Origin: an uncultured Holophagae bacterium | GTDB taxonomy: Bacteria > Acidobacteriota > Thermoanaerobaculia > Thermoanaerobaculales > Sulfomarinibacteraceae | Length of the DNA stretch: 64,000 nucleotides | Assembly: GCA_963710645.1 (NCBI GenBank) | Contig: CAVQBD010000006.1 | Coordinates: 46,550-110,549 of the forward strand | Direction: 5' to 3' | Shown: positions 57,955 through 64,000 of the stretch, in pieces | Numbering within the stretch: the stretch's first letter is position 1 | How the letters are laid out: each line of letters begins with the position of its first letter | The notes under the pieces: model-generated | Databases searched by the model: none | Told to the model about the DNA's origin: nothing | The model's input: the letters and a program-made list of their open reading frames with translations, nothing else | Made by a program: the position numbers and the translations under genes

Positions 57955-59151
57955 ATGGATTCTCCACTCAATATCCTGATTGTCGCCACCAAGTCGCCGT
58001 GGCCGCCTATGGACGGCGGCCGGGTGGTGATTCTCGAGACCATCGATGCGTTGACCGCGGCCGGCCATCGGGTAACTCTGGTGACACCGTCAGAGCCGGG
58101 TGCCGACAACGACGAGATCCACAGGCGGCTTTCCGAACGGTGCCGAGCCGAGCTGGTCCCGGCCAAGCTCCGCAGTACGCGAAACCTACTCCTCACGTCG
58201 CTGCTCAAGAGACGTCCGGTGACCGTGGTCCGTCACGAACTCAAACCCGTGCGCCGGCGGGTGGCCGAGTTGGTTGCAGGGGGGAGCTTCGATGTGGTGC
58301 AGGCGGAGCAGGTACAGGCCATCTCGCAGGCAGAGCCCGCCACCCGGAAGGGAATTCCCCTGGTTTATCGAGCCCACAACGTGGAGAGCTCCCTGTGGAC
58401 TTTTGCAGCGGGATTCGGCCGTCCACTGACGTCGGCCCTGCTGAGACGGGAGGCGAGGCGTCTGACCCTGTGGGAAAGGGATACGATCCGGCGGGCTGCC
58501 GCAACGGTAGTGCTCACCGACCTCGACCTTGATCCCATGAGACAGGCTGTGGGCGACGGGCCGCTGATCGAGAAGGTGCCGGTGCCCTATCCCAGCGAGT
58601 TGCCGTCCGGCGAAACACCGCTGGAGGGTCGTCCGGCGGTGGTCACGCTGGCGAGCCAAGCGTGGCTTCCGAGCCGACAGACGGCGCGCCAAATCGCCGA
58701 GACCTGGTGGCCGGTGGTTCGTCAACGCCTGCCCGAAGCGGTGCTTCACGTCTTTGGTGGTGGCGCCTGGGAGGAAGATTGGGACGGGGTGCGCATCCAC
58801 CCTCCGCCGGAGGAGAGCATCCAGGTTTTTGCTGGCGGCGCGGTTGTGGCGATTCCCACCCGTCACCCCACCGGCATTCCGGTCAAGGGACTGGAGGCCT
58901 GGGCGCGGGGATTGCCGTTGCTGGTCTCCTCGGAGTCGGCGCGTGCCCTGGAGGGCTCTGATGAAGTCGACCTTGCAGTGGCCGATGGTCCTGAGGCGTT
59001 TGCCGCGACATTGGCCAGACTCGCCGATGATGGCGAACTGTGTGGCCGCCTTGTGGACGGCGGCAGGAAACGGTTGCGCTCGCACCATGATCCTAAACTC
59101 ATCGCAGAGCAGTTCACCGAACTTTATAGGCGGGTGAGGTCTCGGTCTTAA
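57955..59151 (+). CDS. glycosyltransferase family 4
   Basis: MDSPLNILIVATKSPWPPMDGGRVV... N-terminus typical of GT4. The C-terminal half has ...AIPTRHPTGIPVKGLEAWARGLPLLVS.... Confidence 0.8.
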   Translation: MDSPLNILIVATKSPWPPMDGGRVVILETIDALTAAGHRVTLVTPSEPGADNDEIHRRLSERCRAELVPAKLRSTRNLLLTSLLKRRPVTVVRHELKPVRRRVAELVAGGSFDVVQAEQVQAISQAEPATRKGIPLVYRAHNVESSLWTFAAGFGRPLTSALLRREARRLTLWERDTIRRAAATVVLTDLDLDPMRQAVGDGPLIEKVPVPYPSELPSGETPLEGRPAVVTLASQAWLPSRQTARQIAETWWPVVRQRLPEAVLHVFGGGAWEEDWDGVRIHPPPEESIQVFAGGAVVAIPTRHPTGIPVKGLEAWARGLPLLVSSESARALEGSDEVDLAVADGPEAFAATLARLADDGELCGRLVDGGRKRLRSHHDPKLIAEQFTELYRRVRSRS

Positions 59152-59245
59152 ATTTTCAATTTTCAATTCTCAATTTTGAATTCCCCCCACGCACCCCCAA
59201 GTAGATCAACAATTGAGAATTCACAATTCAAAATTGAGAATTTAG
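59150..59245. repeat. ORF-less hairpin element (AT-rich heptamer arms plus C-run)
   Basis: Read directly: aaattttcaattttcaattctcaattttgaattcccccc - about 20 nt - aacaattgagaattcacaattcaaaattgagaatttag. It sits between convergent stops, and both stop codons lie at or within the arms. Confidence 0.85.
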
Positions 59246-60183
59246 AGTTCGAGGTCATTGAGAGCGGCGAGGCCTGCCTCGAAGGCACGTGTGTCGCGGT
59301 CCCAGGTGGCAGGACGGAGGGATCCGAGAAATGCACCGTAGAGCCGCCGGCCCGACAACCGGAGACGCGCGCCGGAGCGGAGCGCCGACGCCGCCTTGCG
59401 GGCACCTTCCGGCCCTCCCCGCCAGCCGGCAAAGCGGACCAGATCGGCCCACATGAACTCCGGGTGGTAGGGCGCGGCCGAGCCCGAGCTGGCGGCTATG
59501 GTTGCGCCGTGGTGGTGAGTCACCTCGAATGACGGCACGACGTCCACCCGCCAACCCCCATCCCTGGCCGCGACGCAGAAGTGCAGGTCCTGACAATAGA
59601 ATCGATAGCCGTCGTCCAAAGGACCGATCGTGTCCCATGCCTCGCGTCGGATGGCCATGGCAGCCCCCGATACCCAGTCCACCCCCGTTCCGGCGACGCG
59701 ACCCGGAGGCTTGATCAACCGGTACCCAGGGATGCGGCCGAACAGCGAGGGCAGTCCCGAGGCTTGACCGAAGAGCCACAACGGTGTCGGCTCCCGTCCA
59801 GCGCTCCATTGCGGTGAGCCGTCCGGGTAGCGGAGTTCGGCACCGGCGACACCGAGACGGGGGTCGCGGGCGAAGGCTGCGCGGACTGCGGCGACTGCCG
59901 GCGAGGAGATCTCGGTGTCGCTGTTGAGCAGCAGCAGAATGTCCCCCCGGGCCTCGGCCAGCCCGCGATTGCTGGTGACGGAGAATCCCGAACGGGTTGG
60001 ATTGGTGAGTAGGAGAACCTGTGGAAAACGACTCGAGACGGCCTCTGCAGTCCCATCGGTGGAGGCGTCATCCACCACAATGACCTCGAGATCGGTGGCC
60101 GAGCGGAGCACCGAACCGAGGCAACGCAGCGTCATCTCGCGGGTTGAGTGGGTGGGGATGACGATGGAAAGAGACGTCGACAT
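59242..60183 (-). CDS. glycosyltransferase family 2
   Basis: MSTSLSIVIPTHSTREMTLRCLGSV...VIVVDDASTDGT...LLLNSDTE... (GT-A fold with a DXD-like motif). Confidence 0.85.
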   Translation of the reverse strand: MSTSLSIVIPTHSTREMTLRCLGSVLRSATDLEVIVVDDASTDGTAEAVSSRFPQVLLLTNPTRSGFSVTSNRGLAEARGDILLLLNSDTEISSPAVAAVRAAFARDPRLGVAGAELRYPDGSPQWSAGREPTPLWLFGQASGLPSLFGRIPGYRLIKPPGRVAGTGVDWVSGAAMAIRREAWDTIGPLDDGYRFYCQDLHFCVAARDGGWRVDVVPSFEVTHHHGATIAASSGSAAPYHPEFMWADLVRFAGWRGGPEGARKAASALRSGARLRLSGRRLYGAFLGSLRPATWDRDTRAFEAGLAALNDLEL

Positions 60184-60202
60184 AACAGGTGGACCATTGT
60201 AG

Positions 60203-60335
60203 CTCGGGGCTTGGGGCTCGGGGCTCGGGACTCGGGACTCGGGACTCGGGACCCGGGACTCGCGACTCGAATTTCGAATTTCGAATTGTGCGACCACCGC
60301 CTCCCCACCTTCCACATCTTCCACACCTTCCACAC
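60203..60335. repeat. composite: (GGGGCTC/GGGACTC)n, (TCGAATT)n, (CTTCCACA-N)n
   Basis: Read directly: ctcggggcttggggctcggggctcgggactcgggactcgggactcgggacccgggactcgcgactcgaatttcgaatttcgaattg...ccttccacatcttccacaccttccacacc. Confidence 0.85.
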
Positions 60336-60375
60336 CGCGGGGGAGGGCGGGGGTTCCCGTGTTAGACTCCCGCCG

Positions 60376-61209
60376 ATGTCGACGCCCGCCGTTCCGGTCC
60401 TGCGAAACTCCGCAAGGCAGACACTTAACCCGATCCTCGAGCTTCGCGACCTGCTCGCCAACTGGAATCTCATCGCCAATTTGGTGCGGCGCGACCTGAC
60501 GGTGCGCTACAAGCGGTCCGTCATCGGTTTCTTCTGGACCATGCTCAACCCGCTTCTGCTGATGATCATCCTGACCGTGGTCTTCTCGACGGTGTTCCGT
60601 TTTGAGGGGATCAAGTACTACCCGACCTATTTTCTCTCCGCCTACCTGGTCTTCGGCTTCTTCTCCCAGACAACGGTGCAGTCCATGACGTCGCTCGGAT
60701 TTCACGGGTCGCTCATGAAGCGGGTCCGTGTGCCCAAGTCCATATTCGCGGTGGCCACCACAATTTCGGGCCTGGTCAATCTGTGCCTTGCTTATGTTCC
60801 GCTGTTCGTGATCATGATTTTCACCGGCGCGCCGATCTGCAAGACGGTGCTCTTCCTGCCCATCAGTTTCCTGATCATTGCAGCCTTCACCCTCGGGGTT
60901 TCCTTACTGTTGTCGGCTTTGGCGGTCTACTTCGACGATGTCTCCCATATGTACCAGGTCGCCACCGTCGGGCTGATGTATATGACGCCAATTATCTATC
61001 CCATCTCCATCGTTCCCTACAAGTGGCTGTGGCTGATTCGCATCAATCCCCTGACCCAACTCTTCAAGCTGGCGCGAGACCCGGTCTACAACTGCGCGTT
61101 GCCCGGCACCCACGTGATCATGGCCTCGGTGGCCGCGGCGGCGATCGCGTTGGTGGTGGGCTGGTTGGTCTTTCACCGGCTTGCCCGCGGCTTTTACCTC
61201 CACCTGTGA
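60376..61209 (+). CDS. ABC-2 type polysaccharide exporter permease (Wzm/TagG-like)
   Basis: ...LIANLVRRDLTVRYKRSVIGFFWTMLNPLLLM... is the canonical ABC-2 N-terminal motif, with six predicted TM segments. Confidence 0.85.
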   Translation: MSTPAVPVLRNSARQTLNPILELRDLLANWNLIANLVRRDLTVRYKRSVIGFFWTMLNPLLLMIILTVVFSTVFRFEGIKYYPTYFLSAYLVFGFFSQTTVQSMTSLGFHGSLMKRVRVPKSIFAVATTISGLVNLCLAYVPLFVIMIFTGAPICKTVLFLPISFLIIAAFTLGVSLLLSALAVYFDDVSHMYQVATVGLMYMTPIIYPISIVPYKWLWLIRINPLTQLFKLARDPVYNCALPGTHVIMASVAAAAIALVVGWLVFHRLARGFYLHL

Positions 61210-62000
61210 TGAGCACGCCTGCCATCGAATTCCGCGATGTGTCGCTGCGCTACCGGCTGTTGGCCGAACGGGGGATCGCCACGCTCAAGGAGTGGATGAT
61301 CCGCCGGTTGACATCCCGCTTGTCCTATCAAGAGCTTTCGGCATTGTCCCAGGTCAGCTTCACGGTGGATCCGGGCAGGACCTTTGGCATCATCGGTCAC
61401 AACGGAGCCGGCAAGTCGACTTTGCTCCGGATCGCCGGGGGCATTCTGGCGCCCACCGAGGGTGAGGCCATCATCCGTGGCCGGCTCGCGCCGATCATCG
61501 AGCTCGGCCTCGGTTTCGAGGGCGAGCTCTCCGGCCGAGAAAACGTCTACTTCAACGGCGCCCTGCTCGGCCGGTCGCGGCTCGAGATGCAGGAGCGCTT
61601 CGACGAAGTCGTGGAATTCTCGGAACTCGGCGAATTCATCGATCAGCCAATCCGAACGTATTCGAGCGGAATGGTGGCGCGGCTTGCCTTCGCCATCGCA
61701 ACCACCGTGGACGCCCACATCCTTCTCCTCGACGAAGTGATGTCGGTGGGCGACGAGCGCTTCCGGCTGAAATGCCAGCAGCGGATCACCGATTTTAGAA
61801 ACGCCGGTGTCACCATCCTTGTGGTGTCCCACGATCTTGAAGCCATCGAGCGTCTATGTGACGACGTCATGTGGTTGGAGCACGGTGCCATGAAATCCCT
61901 GGGTCCGGCTCACGAGGTGGTGGGCGCCTACCGGTCCTCGGTGGAGCAGAATGCTGCGGGCTCGGGAGTTGGCGGGACAGTCACACCTGCCGAGCCATGA
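61209..62000 (+). CDS. polysaccharide ABC exporter ATPase (Wzt/TagH-like)
   Basis: Walker A GIIGHNGAGKSTLL, signature YSSGMVARLAFAIA, Walker B LLLDEVMSVGD. The ATGA start overlaps the permease stop. Confidence 0.9.
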   Translation: MSTPAIEFRDVSLRYRLLAERGIATLKEWMIRRLTSRLSYQELSALSQVSFTVDPGRTFGIIGHNGAGKSTLLRIAGGILAPTEGEAIIRGRLAPIIELGLGFEGELSGRENVYFNGALLGRSRLEMQERFDEVVEFSELGEFIDQPIRTYSSGMVARLAFAIATTVDAHILLLDEVMSVGDERFRLKCQQRITDFRNAGVTILVVSHDLEAIERLCDDVMWLEHGAMKSLGPAHEVVGAYRSSVEQNAAGSGVGGTVTPAEP

Positions 62001-62866
62001 GCCGTCAGCCCTGCCTCTCGGTGGTGATCCCGACCCGCAATCGACGTCGCGTGCTGGCCGAGACCCTCGGGGCGCTCGACGGCCAGACGTCTCTTCCCGG
62101 TCCGCTGGAGGTGATCGTTGTCATCGACGGATCGTCCGACGACACCCAGGAGTGGCTGGCCGCATCCCGATTCGAGGGGTTCCGGTTGGAGGTGCTGGTG
62201 CTCGATGGGGGTGGCCCGGCACGCGCTCGGAACCAGGGGGTCGAGCGTGCAGGAGCGGACCGTGTGCTGCTGTTGGGAGACGACACCATTCCCCAACCCC
62301 ATACCCTGGCCGATCATCTCGCAGCCGCCGGTGGCCGCGAGGTGGCGGTCCAGGGCATGATCGACTGGGATCCGACCCTTCCCATCACCGAAGTGATGTA
62401 CTACCTGGCACCGGGAGGGCCCCAGTTCTATTTCAAGGGCCTGGTGGAAGGAAGCGAGATTCCGTTCTCCGCCGTGCTCGGCTCGAATCTGTCGGCCCCG
62501 GCGGAGTGGCTTCGCGCCGAGCCGTTCGACGAGGGATTTACCGAGGCATGTTTCGAAGACACCGAGATGGCGTGGCGGTGGCGGCGGCGGGGATGGGTGA
62601 CGGTGTACTCACCCAGGGCGCGCTGTCTCCACCATCATCGCTACGACACCATGGGTCCTTTCCTGGAACGCCAACGGCGTGCGGGCCGGTGGGCTCGGCG
62701 GGCGGTGGTGATTCACCCGGGAATGCTGCCCCGTGTGGCGTTGCAGCCCATCGCCTTCTCCGCGGTGTCGGCCCTGCGGTTCGCCATTCGCCGCCGTCAG
62801 CGAGACCGCTGGGATCTGCTGTGCCGACTCGCTTTCGCCCGCGGCTTTCTCTTTGGTAAGTCTTAG
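61997..62866 (+). CDS. glycosyltransferase family 2
   Basis: ...CLSVVIPTRNRRRVL...VIVVIDGSSDDT...ARARNQG...LLLGDDT.... Confidence 0.8.
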   Translation: MSRQPCLSVVIPTRNRRRVLAETLGALDGQTSLPGPLEVIVVIDGSSDDTQEWLAASRFEGFRLEVLVLDGGGPARARNQGVERAGADRVLLLGDDTIPQPHTLADHLAAAGGREVAVQGMIDWDPTLPITEVMYYLAPGGPQFYFKGLVEGSEIPFSAVLGSNLSAPAEWLRAEPFDEGFTEACFEDTEMAWRWRRRGWVTVYSPRARCLHHHRYDTMGPFLERQRRAGRWARRAVVIHPGMLPRVALQPIAFSAVSALRFAIRRRQRDRWDLLCRLAFARGFLFGKS

Positions 62867-62869
62867 ATA

Positions 62870-62950
62870 GTTCCGAGTTCCGAGTTCCGAGTTCCGAGTT
62901 CCGAGTTTCGAATTTCGAATCGTCCGATCCCCCTCCTCCACACCTTCCAC
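62870..62950. repeat. composite: (GTTCCGA)5, (TTTCGAA)n, CCACACCTTCCAC
   Basis: Read directly: agttccgagttccgagttccgagttccgagttccgagtttcgaatttcgaatcg...cctcctccacaccttccac. It has the same module order as 60203-60335. Confidence 0.85.
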
Positions 62951-62970
62951 GTCGGGCGGACGGGTGGGGG

Positions 62971-64000
62971 TTATTGGACATACCCGAGCGCTCGGAGCTG
63001 ATCGACGATGGCCGCGTCATCCTGGGGAGCTGCGATCACGGCGCTCGGCATGCCGCCCTCCCACCAGATCATGATGCCGGTTGCGGGCGGGGTTGAGGGG
63101 TCGTCGACCCGGCGCCAGCCCTTTTGGGTGAGCTCGAAGGCCGTGGGAACCTGCAGCTGGTCGAGGTCGAACCACTGAGCCAGGGGGTGAACCTTGCGCC
63201 CGTCGTCGAGCACCATGTGGACGTTGACGCCGGCTCGACGACCATCCGGCGAGTCGAGCATCAGGATCACCTCCTCGCCCGGCGGGATGACGAAGGTGGG
63301 TGGGACGTCGTTTCTCCACCGGATGCTCGCCTTCCCGACGGAGGCGCTCTTGAGCCGGTCGTGGGCCGCGAGGGCCCCACGGAGCCTCCCCTTCAAGGAA
63401 TTGGGGGAGCCGTTTCGGATCACCAGTCGGACACCGCGCTGTTGATCCACCAGCGTGGTTCGGGTTTTTTCCATGAGCCCGGGTGTTTCGGTTGAGCCGG
63501 CCGCCAGGTCAGTGCTCTCGGTGGGGTCATGTTCGAGGTCGATCAGTCTTTGCTGGCCGTGAAGCTGATCCCAGGCGGCGTCGTTGTAGGTGTACTTCAG
63601 ACGGCTGTTCAGCCGGAGGGCAAGGCCACGGTTGGAAGAGGCCGCGTAGGTCCACGCGGCATCGGGGACCCGTGAAGGCTCGCCCGCCATCAGATGGAGC
63701 AGTGACACGCCGTTCGATGGATCCGGGGGCGGCAAACCGATCGCATCCAAAATGGTCGGTGTGAGATCGACGAGCCGCACCTGGTCGGGATGACGTTGCC
63801 CTGCTCCGACCCGTCCGGGTAGCTGGATGATCATGGGTACCAACGTGTTGTAATCCTCGAGATATGAGTGCCCTGCCCGGTCGTTCTCTCCGAGCGCTTC
63901 ACCATGGTCCGAGGTGACGACCACCAGGGTGTTGTCAGCGAGCCCGAGGTTCGCGAGCCGGTCGAGCAACTGCCCGACCGCATCGTCGGTGGAGGCGACG
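62971..64000 (-). CDS. sulfatase (alkaline-phosphatase superfamily), 5' end outside window
   Basis: The frame stays open to base 64000. ...DDAVGQLLDRLANLGLADNTLVVVTSDHGEALGE... and ...RLVDLTPTILDAIG... are C-terminal sulfatase-domain motifs. These are followed by an extra domain of about 200 aa. Confidence 0.8.
   Translation of the reverse strand, partial: VASTDDAVGQLLDRLANLGLADNTLVVVTSDHGEALGENDRAGHSYLEDYNTLVPMIIQLPGRVGAGQRHPDQVRLVDLTPTILDAIGLPPPDPSNGVSLLHLMAGEPSRVPDAAWTYAASSNRGLALRLNSRLKYTYNDAAWDQLHGQQRLIDLEHDPTESTDLAAGSTETPGLMEKTRTTLVDQQRGVRLVIRNGSPNSLKGRLRGALAAHDRLKSASVGKASIRWRNDVPPTFVIPPGEEVILMLDSPDGRRAGVNVHMVLDDGRKVHPLAQWFDLDQLQVPTAFELTQKGWRRVDDPSTPPATGIMIWWEGGMPSAVIAAPQDDAAIVDQLRALGYVQ

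Overview
GC-rich bacterial chromosomal fragment. I saw no rRNA, CRISPR array, transposase or integrase. Layout: (i) 1-2.6 kb holds the 3' end of an outer-membrane beta-barrel gene, a four-helix-bundle (23S rRNA IVS-protein family) gene and ahcY. (ii) 2.9-29.5 kb is one co-directional exopolysaccharide (EPS) locus of about 26 kb. It is headed by a NusG/RfaH-like paralogue and encodes a UDP-glucuronate 4-epimerase, a WbpA/WbpB/WbpD-like di-N-acetyl-uronic-acid pathway, a PglF/E/D/C-like bacillosamine pathway, four sulfotransferases, four GT4 glycosyltransferases, a GNAT, a deacetylase, and Wzz/BY-kinase, Wzx and Wzy-like genes. It ends at a clean terminator. (iii) 29.6-38.6 kb is a lasso-peptide-like RiPP cassette: Asn-synthetase-like cyclase, transglutaminase-like B2, PqqD-like B1, HprK-like kinase, PF14907-like nucleotidyltransferase and ABC exporter, plus a candidate but non-canonical precursor ORF. 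(iv) 38.7-57.7 kb holds mixed housekeeping genes: AI-2E transporter, bactofilin, tRNA-Gly(CCC), GspG-like pseudopilin, M20 peptidase, GAF histidine kinase, cell-wall amidase, FG-GAP protein, maf, rluD-like, AAA+ ATPase, DedA and orphan DppD/F ATPases. (v) 57.9-64.0 kb is a second glycan module (GT4, 2x GT2, Wzm/Wzt ABC exporter) and a partial sulfatase. Two window-wide oddities stand out. First, almost every intergenic gap is filled with tandem heptanucleotide repeats of several unrelated sequence families. They are often arranged as inverted arms clamped by C5-6/G5-6 runs, and two pairs of arms enclose four-helix-bundle genes. Second, reading-frame breaks are strongly clustered in a subset of genes (Wzz/BY-kinase, Wzx, Wzy-like, deacetylase, lasso cyclase and others), while equally long neighbours are intact. 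All family calls are by-eye motif recognition; no searches were run.
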